Source: an uncultured Desulfatibacillum sp.
GTDB taxonomy: Bacteria; Desulfobacterota; Desulfobacteria; Desulfobacterales; SpSt-501
Length of the DNA stretch: 64,000 nt
Assembly (NCBI GenBank): GCA_964573635.1
Contig: CAZNKG010000009.1
Location: 20,656-84,655 of the forward strand
Reading direction: 5' to 3'
In this document: positions 53,018-61,949 of the stretch, piece after piece
Layout of the letters: every line of letters begins with the position of its first letter
Position numbering within the stretch: position 1 is the first letter of the stretch
Position numbers and translations under genes: made by a program
Notes under the pieces: model-generated
What the model saw: the letters and a program-made list of their open reading frames with translations, nothing else
Databases searched by the model: none
What the model was told of the DNA's origin: nothing

Positions 53018-53821
53018 TTAGGCCGTGAGCGGCGGCGCATTCTCGGCCGGGACCTCGATCTCCATCCCGTCCTCCAAACGGACGCCCAGGCGGTTGCAGG
53101 TGACGTTGAGGCGGACGACCTTGCCCGGACCGCTCGGGGTCCGGACCATGGTGCCGATCCGGGGGAGGTCCTTTTTCAGCTGCATGTAGGTGTCGTACTC
53201 GTACACGAGGCAGCACATGAGCCGGCCGCACTGGCCGGAGATCTTGGTCGGGTTGAGCGACAGGCCCTGCTCCTTGGCCATGCGGATGGACACCGGCTCG
53301 AATTTTCCGAGGTGGGCGGCGCAGCACAGCTCGCGCCCGCAGCGGCCGATCCCGCCGCACATCTTGGCCTGGTTGCGGATGCCGACCTGGCGCATCTCGA
53401 TGCGCCCGCCGAACTCCTTGACCAGCATCTTGAGCAGCTGGCGGAAGTCGACGCGCCCCTCGGCGGTGAAGAGGAAGGTGAGCTTGTTGCCCTCGAAGGA
53501 CTTCTCCACCGCGAAGAGGTTCATCTTGAGGTTGAGCTCCCGGATGCACCGGCGGCAGAAGGCGTAGGCGGTCCGTTCGTCTTCGGCATGGCGCGCGAGC
53601 TGCGCGAGGTCCTTGGGCGTCGCCAGGCGGTACACCTTGCGATAGGTCCGGTCCGCCGGCGGCTCCTCGAGGAGCCGCGGCGCGCTCGCGACGGTGCCCA
53701 GGCTCAGGCCCTGCTCGGTCTCGACGATGACGTGGTCTCCGGCATTGAGCACGAAGGCCCCGCAGTCGAAATCGTATATTTTTCCCGCCGGTTTGAAGCG
53801 GACCCCAACCAGTTTCACCAT
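53018..53821 (-). CDS. PSP1-domain protein (RicT/YaaT-like)
   Basis: MVKLVGVRFKPAGKIYDFDCG...; GRIEMRQVGIRNQAKMCGGIGRCGRELCC; GQCGRLMCCLVYEY. The upstream part of ORF 53018..54520 overlaps holB. Confidence 0.9.
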   Translation of the reverse strand: MVKLVGVRFKPAGKIYDFDCGAFVLNAGDHVIVETEQGLSLGTVASAPRLLEEPPADRTYRKVYRLATPKDLAQLARHAEDERTAYAFCRRCIRELNLKMNLFAVEKSFEGNKLTFLFTAEGRVDFRQLLKMLVKEFGGRIEMRQVGIRNQAKMCGGIGRCGRELCCAAHLGKFEPVSIRMAKEQGLSLNPTKISGQCGRLMCCLVYEYDTYMQLKKDLPRIGTMVRTPSGPGKVVRLNVTCNRLGVRLEDGMEIEVPAENAPPLTA

Positions 53822-54807
53822 GTCGCTGCCGCCGCTAAATTCTTTATCTTGACCAATAACGCCTCCAGTGTCAACCGCACGTTGCCGCGCGCCGCGATGC
53901 GGCGCCGGGCCTCCTCGAGGGCCGCGTAGGCCTGGACCGGGAAGTCGGGCGGCAGCCCCGCGGCGTCGGCCAGGATCTCCTCGCGGCGGTCCGGCCGGCC
54001 GATGCGGTCCGGATCGAGGCGCGCCACGGCGAGGTCGCGCAGCCAGAGGGCGATCAGCTCCAGGTCGGCGGGCGTCTCCTCGGGGTCGCGGGCGAGCCGT
54101 TCGGCCATGGCGAGCGCCCAGGCGGCCGGCTTCGGCCGCCGCGGGGAGAGCTCGGAGGCGATCCAATCGCGGCGCTCGAGGCGCCGCTTGGCCTTCAAGG
54201 CGAGCGCCTGCGTGACGCTCCCGCCGGCGATCTCCGCGGCGGCCTCGGCCTCCCGGGGCTCGAACCCGTAGGCGCGCTCGAGAATCGCCGCGAGGTGCCG
54301 GCGGGCGAGCGGCTTGAAGCGCAGGTGCTGGCAGCGGGAGACGATCGTCGGCAGGAGCTCCTCGGGCTGGCGCGCCGTCAGGATCAGCACGGTCTCTCCC
54401 GGCGGCTCCTCGAGCGTCTTCAACAGCGCGTTCGCCGCGGCCGGGTTGAGCGCGTGGGCCTCCGCGATGACGCCGACCCGCATGGGCGCCTCGTAGGGCC
54501 GCAGCGCCAGCACCCGGCAAAACTCCCGCACGGGCTCGATGCGGATCATCGCTCCCGCCGGCGCCAGCTGATGCACGTCGGGGTGCCGGCCGGCGGCGAT
54601 CTTGCGGCAGCCCGTGCAGCTCCCGCAGGGCCGCTCGCCGCCGCTTCCGCAGTTCAGCGCCATGGCGAAGGCGAGCGCCGCGGTTCGCTTGCCGACGCCC
54701 TCGGCGCCGGTGAAGAGCAGCGCCTGGGGGATGGCTCCGGTTTTCAGGTAGGATCGAAGGGTCCGGACCGGAATGTCCTGGTCGATGATGGCGTCGAATC
54801 CCGGCAC
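53815..54807 (-). CDS. holB: DNA polymerase III subunit delta'
   Basis: ALLFTGAEGVGKRTAALAFAMALNC...CGSCTGCRKIAAGRHPDV; NALLKTLEEPP. Confidence 0.9.
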   Translation of the reverse strand: MPGFDAIIDQDIPVRTLRSYLKTGAIPQALLFTGAEGVGKRTAALAFAMALNCGSGGERPCGSCTGCRKIAAGRHPDVHQLAPAGAMIRIEPVREFCRVLALRPYEAPMRVGVIAEAHALNPAAANALLKTLEEPPGETVLILTARQPEELLPTIVSRCQHLRFKPLARRHLAAILERAYGFEPREAEAAAEIAGGSVTQALALKAKRRLERRDWIASELSPRRPKPAAWALAMAERLARDPEETPADLELIALWLRDLAVARLDPDRIGRPDRREEILADAAGLPPDFPVQAYAALEEARRRIAARGNVRLTLEALLVKIKNLAAAATW

Positions 54808-54811
54808 GGAG

Positions 54812-55087
54812 CTATCGGTCGACCCGTTCCTTGAGTTCCTTGCCGGACTTGAAGAACGGCAGCTTCTTCGGCTTGATGATCACCTTCTCGCCGGTCTTGG
54901 GATTGCGTCCGGTGTACGTCTTGTAGCTCTTCACGAAAAAACTGCACAACCCCCGGATCTCGACACGCTCGCCTTGGGCCATGGCGTCGGCCATTTCATC
55001 GAAGAAGATCTGGACGACGCGGGCGGCTTCGGTCTTGGAGATGTTGGCTTCGGTTTTCAGTGCGGAGATCAATTCCAGCTTGTTCAT
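54812..55087 (-). CDS. HU/IHF-family DNA-binding protein (IHF beta-like)
   Basis: MNKLELISAL...GERVEIRGLCSFFVK...TGRNPKTGEKV...FKSGKELKERV. Confidence 0.9.
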   Translation of the reverse strand: MNKLELISALKTEANISKTEAARVVQIFFDEMADAMAQGERVEIRGLCSFFVKSYKTYTGRNPKTGEKVIIKPKKLPFFKSGKELKERVDR

Positions 55088-55134
55088 GCGGCCTCCTGCG
55101 GGGGTGCGGAAAAATCCTCGGCAACGACTCCTGG

Positions 55135-55163
55135 ACTATAGCCAAATCATGAAAAAATGTCAA
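55135..55163 (-). promoter_or_regulatory. Near-consensus sigma70-type promoter upstream of the IHF-like gene
   Basis: On the minus strand: TTGACA (55158-55163) - 17 nt - TATAGT (55135-55140), about 45 nt upstream of ATG 55087. Confidence 0.55.
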
Positions 55164-55167
55164 TCAG

Positions 55168-55704
55168 TTATGATAGAATGGGGGGCAAGCGCTCGATGTC
55201 CTCCTCCAGGACATCGACGCCGGCGAACTGCCCGAGAGCCTCGATGTTGACCACCACCCGCCCCTGGCCGCGGTAGCGCAGGAAGGTGCCCTTCACCCCG
55301 GCGAATGGACCGCTCACCACCAGAACGCGCTCGCCGGGCTGCAGCCGGTGGCCGGTGAAGACGGGCGCCTCGGCGGCGACCATGATCTTCAGGGAGTCGA
55401 CGGTCTGGTCGGCGACGGGCACCGGCCCGAGGTGGCTGCCGATCAGCTTCACCGCGCCGGCCGTCTTGACGATCTCCAGGTGGTGGTGCGGGTGCAGGTC
55501 GGTGCGGATGAAAAGATAGCCGGGGAAAAGCGGCACCTGGATCATGATCCGCCGGTCCCGCCGCCGGCTGGGCACCTTGACCTTCGGCAGGAAGACCTCG
55601 AGGGATTTGCGGTCGAGCTGGTCGGCGACGACGCTCTCGTGACGGCTGCGGGTGTGCAGCACGTACCACTGCCGCTTAAGGCGCTTGTCTTCCGTCGGTT
55701 CCAT
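55168..55704 (-). CDS. NusG-family paralog (NGN + KOW; RfaH/UpxY/TaA-like specialised antiterminator candidate)
   Basis: QWYVLHTRSRHESVVADQL...LFPGYLFI (NGN). GERVLVVSGPFAGVKGTFL (KOW). ATG 55704 preferred over TTG 55752. Confidence 0.75.
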   Translation of the reverse strand: MEPTEDKRLKRQWYVLHTRSRHESVVADQLDRKSLEVFLPKVKVPSRRRDRRIMIQVPLFPGYLFIRTDLHPHHHLEIVKTAGAVKLIGSHLGPVPVADQTVDSLKIMVAAEAPVFTGHRLQPGERVLVVSGPFAGVKGTFLRYRGQGRVVVNIEALGQFAGVDVLEEDIERLPPILS

Positions 55705-55758
55705 CGGCTGGCTGTCGATCCCTTCTTTTGCCCGCCCGGTCGCGCCCCGCAAAGAGCG

Positions 55759-58140
55759 CTAGAGGCCGAACTCCCCGATCCCGTAGAGGCGGATGCGGAC
55801 CCCGATCCCGGTGTCCTCGGAGCCGTCGCTGTAGAGCACCTCGATGCTCCAGCACTGGGTGCGGTAGTCGAACCCGATCCCGATCTGATTCGTCTCCTCC
55901 GCCTGGAAATCGTACTCGTATCGCGCCAGCAGGTTGAGGCGGTCGGTCAGCCCGAGGCGCAGCTCGGAGAACAGCGAGTTGATCTTGTTTTTCCGCGCCG
56001 AGGTGTCGAACTCGTCGATGTCGCGGCCGGTGGTCTCGATGTCGTCGTCGTCGCGGTTCTCGCGGTCGTAGCGGTACTCCACGACCAAGCGGTCGTTTTC
56101 GCGCGCCCGGAGGGTGAGCGCGGTGCTGTACTGGTCCACCTGGGTGTCGTGGACGTTGTACTGCGCGGTGCCGTCCAGGCTGACCCGCCACCCGGGGAGG
56201 AGGTCGATGCGGCCGGCGATCGGCGAGAACGGCTCCGCGTGCCGGGCGAAATCGTAGTACTGGGCGACCTTGATCCGCAAAAAGTCGCGGTAGTCGTAGT
56301 CGCGACCGTCGTCGATCGTCCCGCGGCGCTTCTCCTGGCGCGGGTGCGCCTCGGGATCCGGGGCCGCGCTCGAGGACTTGGCGGTGAAGGTGTTCGTCAA
56401 GGCGTAGCCGAGCCGGCTGCGGTTTTCGATGCGGTCGCGTGCGTCGATGTGCGGCAGGTTGTCCTGCGCCGCCTCGGGGACATAGGTGTGGAAGATCTCG
56501 GGGCGCACGGAATGCTTGACGCGCTCGATCTCCCCGCCGGCGACGTCGAAGACGCGGTAGATGTCCGTGAAGAGGGAGAGGCGCGTGTCGAAGAGCTCGC
56601 GGTGGAAGCGGCGGTCGTCCGACCAGGGGTTGTCGGCGTCGGCCCGGTACTGGTCCCAGAGGGTTTCGCGCAGCCCGACCGACGGCTCGAAGGTGAGATA
56701 CGGCGGCAGCGTGAGGGGGTAGTAAAACCGCGGCCACAGGTCCAGGCGCTGCACCCGCGCCCCCCGCTCCCGGTAAAAGTGGGTGTACTCGGAGAAGAGG
56801 TTGCTGTAGATCGACCCCTCCCCCAGGGGCTGTTTGGGGGCGTCGAAGATCACGACCGGGAGCTTGTGGGTGGATTCCTTCCAGTTCTGCCCCTTGCGGA
56901 CGTCGTCGTAGAACCGGTTCTCGGCGTTCAGGCCGAACGCCGACCAGGATTTGGACAGCAGCAGCCGGTTGACGCGCACCGGGTCGTTGTAATCGTCGAG
57001 CTCGCGGCCGAAGAACTTGTTGAAATAGCGCTGGGTATCCTCGAAGCCCATGTAGCCGGTCTTGAAATCCCGCAGGTAGTCCTGGTCGCTGGCCCGATCG
57101 AAGTCGAGTTTCGCGTCCACCCCGAAGGGCAGCGGCTGGTGGTGGCTCAGGCGCAGCCAGTAGCGGTCGCGGTTGGGGCGCAGGAACTCCCCGGACTCGT
57201 CCTCGTAGCCGTAGTCGCCGCTCGACCCCCCGCGGCCGTCGTCCACCTGGTCGTCGTGCAGGAAGTCGAACATCAGGGCGCCGCGCGCCTCGCGGGTGAG
57301 GAAGTAGCGGTATTCGACCCCCGGCCGCCACCCGCGCGCGCTCATGGCCTGGAGATAGAACGTGGCGTCGGAGTGCGGGTTGATCGCCCAGAAGAAGGGC
57401 TGGCTCCAGCTCGCGCCCTTCTTCTCGTAGTAGCCGAACTGGGGCATCAGCAGGCCGGTCTGGCGGCCGCGCGCCGGAAACCGGATGTAAGGGAAATAAC
57501 CGACCGGCAGGTCGCGGGCGTAGAGCGTCGCGTTCCACGCCGAGCCGGCGCCGTCCTCGCGCAGGTTCACGTCGCTGCCGGCGATCCGCCAGTCGGGCCG
57601 CTCGCCGTCGCAGGTGGTGATGGTCGCCCGGTCGATCCAGTAGGTCTCGGCGCCGGTTTTCTGGATGAGGTTTCCCTGGATGTGGTAGTTGTTTTCGCGG
57701 ATGAAGATCAGCCCGTTGTCGAGCGTCCCGAGCTCGCTGTCGAGATCGATCTCCAGGGTGTCGCCGGTCAAGCGGTCCTCGCCCGCCGCCACCACCACGC
57801 GGCCCTCGGCGTAGGCCATCATCGTCCGGCGGTTCAGGCGCATGAAGTCGGCCGTGATGCTGCGCCCCTGCTTGCTGATCACCACCCGCCCCTCGGCCTG
57901 GTACTCGTCGAGGGCCTCGTCATAGCGGATGCGGTCGGCCTCGATGTCCCAGGGCACGCCGGGGTCGGAGGGGAAGCTGCGGGCCCCGCCGGCCTGGATG
58001 TCGATCGCCGCGGCCGGCGGCGCCAGGGCGGCAAGGGCGGCGAGGGCGGCGAGCAGCAGCAGGGCGAACGCCGCGAGGCGCCGTCCGGGCCGGTCGACCC
58101 CGCTTGCTGCAACCGATCGCTCCTCACCGCCTGTCGCCAT
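55759..58140 (-). CDS. lptD: LPS-assembly outer-membrane protein LptD
   Basis: Signal peptide AAFALLLLAALAALAALAPPAAA. OstA-like N-terminal repeats (YQAEGRVVISKQGRSITADFM...AYAEGRVVV). Large beta-barrel rich in alternating aromatic residues. Confidence 0.9.
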   Translation of the reverse strand: MATGGEERSVAASGVDRPGRRLAAFALLLLAALAALAALAPPAAAIDIQAGGARSFPSDPGVPWDIEADRIRYDEALDEYQAEGRVVISKQGRSITADFMRLNRRTMMAYAEGRVVVAAGEDRLTGDTLEIDLDSELGTLDNGLIFIRENNYHIQGNLIQKTGAETYWIDRATITTCDGERPDWRIAGSDVNLREDGAGSAWNATLYARDLPVGYFPYIRFPARGRQTGLLMPQFGYYEKKGASWSQPFFWAINPHSDATFYLQAMSARGWRPGVEYRYFLTREARGALMFDFLHDDQVDDGRGGSSGDYGYEDESGEFLRPNRDRYWLRLSHHQPLPFGVDAKLDFDRASDQDYLRDFKTGYMGFEDTQRYFNKFFGRELDDYNDPVRVNRLLLSKSWSAFGLNAENRFYDDVRKGQNWKESTHKLPVVIFDAPKQPLGEGSIYSNLFSEYTHFYRERGARVQRLDLWPRFYYPLTLPPYLTFEPSVGLRETLWDQYRADADNPWSDDRRFHRELFDTRLSLFTDIYRVFDVAGGEIERVKHSVRPEIFHTYVPEAAQDNLPHIDARDRIENRSRLGYALTNTFTAKSSSAAPDPEAHPRQEKRRGTIDDGRDYDYRDFLRIKVAQYYDFARHAEPFSPIAGRIDLLPGWRVSLDGTAQYNVHDTQVDQYSTALTLRARENDRLVVEYRYDRENRDDDDIETTGRDIDEFDTSARKNKINSLFSELRLGLTDRLNLLARYEYDFQAEETNQIGIGFDYRTQCWSIEVLYSDGSEDTGIGVRIRLYGIGEFGL

Positions 58141-58219
58141 TCGGGCCGCCGCCTCGCAATCCCGGATGAGGCGCGCCCCGGGTTGCCGATCCCGCCGGGC
58201 GCGCGCGCATCCGGCGGTC

Positions 58220-58248
58220 TTGAACCTCGCCGGGAGTTAAGCTATAAA
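58220..58248 (+). promoter_or_regulatory. Candidate sigma70-type promoter upstream of surE
   Basis: TTGAAC (58220-58225) - 17 nt - TATAAA (58243-58248), 34 nt before ATG 58282. Confidence 0.45.
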
Positions 58249-58281
58249 GCCAATTTGATTGTAAAAGTCAAGCGACGGGCC

Positions 58282-59055
58282 ATGCACATTCTGCTGACGA
58301 ACGACGACGGCATCCACGCCCCGGGTCTGGGGGCCCTGCACGCGGCCCTCGGGCGGCGCCACCGCGTGACGGTGGTCGCCCCCGACCGCGAGCGGACCGC
58401 CGTCGGCCACGGGATCACGCTCGACCGGCCGCTGCGCGCCGCGGCCGTGAGTCTGAACGGCGGCGGGCCGGGGTTCGCCGTCAACGGCACCCCCGCCGAC
58501 TGCGTGAAGCTCGCGCTCCTGGAGATCCTGGAGGGGCGGCCCGATCTGGTGGTCGCGGGCCTGAACGCCGGGGCGAACGTCGGAGTGAACATCGCCTATT
58601 CGGGGACCGTCGCCGCCGCCAAGGAGGCGGCCTTCGCGCGGATCCCGGCGATCGCCGCCTCGATCGACGGGCGCGAGCCCTATCCCTTCGAGGCGGCCGC
58701 GGAGTTCATCGCGCACCTGTCGGAAATCGTTCTGGCGCGCGGGCTGCCCCCCGGGAGCTTTCTCAACGTGAACTTCCCCAACCGGCGCCGCGAGGAGATC
58801 GCCGGGGTGCGCGTGAGCCGCCACGGGCTCGCGGCTTTCGCGGAGTACGTGGAGAAGCGGGTCGATCCGCGCAACCGGGTCTACTACTGGCAGGGCGCCG
58901 ACATGCAGGCCTTCGACGAGGACCTCGACGTCGACGGCGGGGCGCTCAAGCTCGGGTTCATCACCGTGACGCCGATCACCTGCGACGCGACCGACTACCG
59001 GATGCTCGAGGACCTCAAGCGCTGGGCGCTCGACGCGCCGTCGCGGGAGGGGTGA
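58282..59055 (+). CDS. surE: 5'/3'-nucleotidase SurE
   Basis: MHILLTNDDGIHAPGL...; GTPADCV; NAGANVG; YSGTVAAA. Only the last 258 codons of ORF 55348..59055 are real. Confidence 0.95.
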   Translation: MHILLTNDDGIHAPGLGALHAALGRRHRVTVVAPDRERTAVGHGITLDRPLRAAAVSLNGGGPGFAVNGTPADCVKLALLEILEGRPDLVVAGLNAGANVGVNIAYSGTVAAAKEAAFARIPAIAASIDGREPYPFEAAAEFIAHLSEIVLARGLPPGSFLNVNFPNRRREEIAGVRVSRHGLAAFAEYVEKRVDPRNRVYYWQGADMQAFDEDLDVDGGALKLGFITVTPITCDATDYRMLEDLKRWALDAPSREG

Positions 59056-59061
59056 GCCTCG

Positions 59062-59703
59062 ATGTTCATCACCTTCGAAGGCGGCGAGGGGGCCGGGAAA
59101 ACCACCCAGATCGCCCGGCTCGCCCGGGCGCTGGCGGACCGCGGCCGCGCCTGCCTGACGACGCGCGAGCCCGGAGGGACGCCGCTCGGCCAAAGGATCC
59201 GCGCGCTGCTCCTCGACCCGCAAAGCGACGGCATCTCCCCCCGGGCCGAGCTGCTGCTCTACATGGCCGACCGCGCCGAGCACATCGCCGCGGTGATCGC
59301 CCCGGCGCTCCAGCGGGGCGAGGTGGTGCTCTGCGACCGCTTTTTCGACGCGACGGTCGTCTACCAGGGGGTCGGCCGGGGCCTCACGGCCGACCGGGTC
59401 CGCGAGCTCCACGGCGCCCTTTTCGGAGGGCTTCTCCCCGATGTGACGATCCTGCTGGACCTCCCCCCGGCCGTCGGGCTTTCGCGGGCCGCGCGGCAGC
59501 TCGCCGCCGGCGGCCGCAGCGCCGCCGAGGGCCGCTTCGAGTCCGAGGCGCTCGCCTTTCACGAGCAGGTGCGCGACGGCTACCTCGCGCTCGCCCGCCG
59601 CGAGCCCGGCCGCTTCCGCGTCATCGACGCCGCCCAGAGCGAGGCGGCCGTGGCGGCGGCGGTCCTCGCGGCCGTCGAGGCCGCCCTGAAGGCGGCCGCA
59701 TGA
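59062..59703 (+). CDS. tmk: Thymidylate kinase
   Basis: MFITFEGGEGAGKTTQ...; TREPGGT; DRF. Confidence 0.95.
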   Translation: MFITFEGGEGAGKTTQIARLARALADRGRACLTTREPGGTPLGQRIRALLLDPQSDGISPRAELLLYMADRAEHIAAVIAPALQRGEVVLCDRFFDATVVYQGVGRGLTADRVRELHGALFGGLLPDVTILLDLPPAVGLSRAARQLAAGGRSAAEGRFESEALAFHEQVRDGYLALARREPGRFRVIDAAQSEAAVAAAVLAAVEAALKAAA

Positions 59704-61937
59704 CCCCCGGGACCTCGCTGCTCGACGCGATCGGCAACACCCCGCTGGTGGAGATCCGCCGGATGAACCCCAACCCGCGGGTCCGGCTCTACGCCAAGCT
59801 CGAATACCTGAACCCGGGCGGGTCGATCAAGGACCGGCCGGCCCGGTTCATGATCGAGGCGGCCGAGAGGTCGGGCGAGCTCACCGCCGGGAAGACCGTC
59901 GTCGAGGCGACCAGCGGCAACACGGGGATCGGGCTGGCGCTCGTCTGCGCGGTCAAGGGCTACCGCCTGCTGCTCGCCATGTCGGAGTCGGTCAGCCTCG
60001 AGCGCCGCCGGATCCTCAAGGCCCGCGGGGCGGAGATCATGCTCACCCCCGGGCACCTCGGCACCGACGGGGCGATCGAGGAGGTCTACCGCCTGGCGCG
60101 CGAAAACCCGGAGCGCTACTTCGTCGTCGACCAGTTCAACAACCCGGCCAACTGGCAGGCGCACTACTTCGGCACCGCCGAGGAGATCTGGCGCCAGACC
60201 GAGGGCCGCCTGGACGTCTTCGTCGCGGCCATGGGGACGACCGGGACCCTGATGGGGGCCTCGCGGCGGCTGAAGGAGCTCGACCCGCGCATCGCGATCG
60301 TCGGGGTCGAGCCCTACCTCGGCCACAAGCTCCAGGGGCTGAAGAACCTCAAGGAGGCTTACTGCCCCGAGATCTTCGAGAAAAGCCGCCTGGACCGCAA
60401 GGTCAACATCGCCGACGAGGAGGCGTTCGACACGGCCAGGCGGCTGGCGCGCGAGGAGGGGCTGCTCGTCGGGATGAGCAGCGGCGCCGCCATGGCGGCG
60501 GCCGTGAAGGAGGCCGCGCGGCTCGAGGAGGGGGTGGTGGTCGTGGTCCTGCCCGACGGCGGGGAGCGCTACCTGAGCACCCCGCTCTTCGGCGCTCCGG
60601 AAAAGCTCCCCGTGAACCTGTTCAACTTCGACGGGCGCCGCCGCCAGCCGCTCGAGCCGGCGCGCCCCGACACCGTCGCCGTCTACACCTGCGGCTCCCA
60701 TGCGGGGCGGCCGCTGCGCCTGGGGGAGCTTAGGCGCTTTCTCCTCGCCGATGTGCTCGTGCGCTACCTGCGCTTTCGCGGGTTTTCCGTCAAGCACGTC
60801 GTCGACATCCCGGATGTGGACGACTCCCCGCCCGGCGCCGCCTCCGAAAACGGCGCGGGGCCGCTGCACCCCGAGCTGGCGGACCTCGGCGTCCGCCCGG
60901 CCGATGCCTACCTGCGCGCCGCCGACCGCCTCGAGGAGATGGTGGCGGCCGCCGAGCGGCTGGCCGCCAAGGGGGCGGCCTACGAGAAGCTGCGCTCGCT
61001 CTATTTCGACCTGTCCAAGACGAGCGGCTACGGGCGGCTCTCCGGGGTCGATGCCGCCAAGGTCCGGGTGGGGGCGACGATCGATCTCGAAAACTTCGAG
61101 AAGGCGAACCCCCGCGACTTCGCCCTGCTCAAGCGCTGCCGGCTCTCGGAGCTCAAGCGCGGCCTCTTCGTGAAGAGCCCCTGGGGAAACGTGCGGCCCG
61201 CCTGGCACCTGCAGACCGCGGCCATGGTCCTGAACAGCCTCGGCGGCCCGGCCGACGTCCACATCTCCAGCCGCGAGCTCGTCTTTCCGCACCACGAGAA
61301 CGAGAACGCGATTGCGGCCGCCCTGACCGGCAAGCCCTTCGCCCGCATCTGGGTGCTCTGCGACCGCGTGCGCGCCCCGGCGGAGTCGCTCGCCGAGCTC
61401 AGCGCGCAGGGCTTTTCCGGCCGCGAGATCCGCTTCGGGCTGCTCGCGGCCCATTACCGCAAGCCGGCGCACTGCTCCGCCGAGCGCCTGACCGATGCGC
61501 GCCGCGCCCTCGAGCGGCTCGACCGCTGCGTCGCCGCGCTCGCGGCGCCGCCGGCCGGGGGGGAGCCCGCCGCGGAGGTCGACCAGCTGGTTTACGACCT
61601 GCGCGCGGGCGTCTGCGACGCGCTGGACGACGACCTCGACCTGCCGGCGGCGACCGCCGCGCTTTTCCGGGCCGTCAAGCGGATCAACGCGCTCGCCGCC
61701 TCCGGCCGGCTCGAGGCCCTGGGGGCGGGGCGGCTGCTCGCGGCCTTCCGCGAGATCGACGGCGTGCTCGCGGTGTTCGACTTCGGCTCCCCGCAGCCAC
61801 TCGACGCCGAGGTCCAAGCGCTCATCGAGCGGCGCCGCCAGGCGCGTGCGGCGCGGGACTGGGCGCTCGCCGACCGGCTGCGGGAGGAGCTCAAGCGCCG
61901 CGGCGTCGCGGTGCGGGACGAGAAACTCGCCCGGTGA
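59700..61937 (+). CDS. Fusion protein: cysteine synthase (CysK/CysM-like, PLP) + cysteinyl-tRNA-synthetase-like domain lacking HIGH and KMSKS
   Basis: N-terminal half: NPGGSIKDRPA, TSGNTGIGLA, MGTTGT, SSGAAMAAA. C-terminal half: VAVYTCGS..RLGE (60717-60728 in place of HIGH), LRFRGFSVKHV, PAWHLQTAAM, FPHHENE, DDDLDLP, ERRRQARAARDWALADRLREELKRRGV. ATGA overlap with tmk. Confidence 0.8.
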   Translation: MTPGTSLLDAIGNTPLVEIRRMNPNPRVRLYAKLEYLNPGGSIKDRPARFMIEAAERSGELTAGKTVVEATSGNTGIGLALVCAVKGYRLLLAMSESVSLERRRILKARGAEIMLTPGHLGTDGAIEEVYRLARENPERYFVVDQFNNPANWQAHYFGTAEEIWRQTEGRLDVFVAAMGTTGTLMGASRRLKELDPRIAIVGVEPYLGHKLQGLKNLKEAYCPEIFEKSRLDRKVNIADEEAFDTARRLAREEGLLVGMSSGAAMAAAVKEAARLEEGVVVVVLPDGGERYLSTPLFGAPEKLPVNLFNFDGRRRQPLEPARPDTVAVYTCGSHAGRPLRLGELRRFLLADVLVRYLRFRGFSVKHVVDIPDVDDSPPGAASENGAGPLHPELADLGVRPADAYLRAADRLEEMVAAAERLAAKGAAYEKLRSLYFDLSKTSGYGRLSGVDAAKVRVGATIDLENFEKANPRDFALLKRCRLSELKRGLFVKSPWGNVRPAWHLQTAAMVLNSLGGPADVHISSRELVFPHHENENAIAAALTGKPFARIWVLCDRVRAPAESLAELSAQGFSGREIRFGLLAAHYRKPAHCSAERLTDARRALERLDRCVAALAAPPAGGEPAAEVDQLVYDLRAGVCDALDDDLDLPAATAALFRAVKRINALAASGRLEALGAGRLLAAFREIDGVLAVFDFGSPQPLDAEVQALIERRRQARAARDWALADRLREELKRRGVAVRDEKLAR

Positions 61938-61949
61938 CGGCCGGGCGCC

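Noticed and set aside
51014-53929. 971-aa plus-strand ORF and the 826-aa minus-strand ORF 51069..53549 across metG/PSP1.
   Set aside because: MetRS (HLGH, KMSKS) and the PSP1 protein occupy the real minus-strand frames. The other ORFs are low-complexity Arg/Gly/Pro translations.
55348-58281. The 5' three-quarters of the 1235-aa plus-strand ORF 55348..59055.
   Set aside because: It is antisense to lptD and the NusG paralog, and its composition is Val/Gly/Asp/Arg/Ala-rich without motifs. Only the last 258 codons (surE, from ATG 58282) are supported.
59052-59699. N-terminal 216 codons of ORF 59052..61937, and the antisense ORF 59580..62195 (871 aa).
   Set aside because: The first overlaps tmk out of frame and is Arg/Pro/Gly-rich. 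The CysK-like sequence begins cleanly at ATG 59700, which overlaps the tmk stop. The antisense ORF has no motifs.
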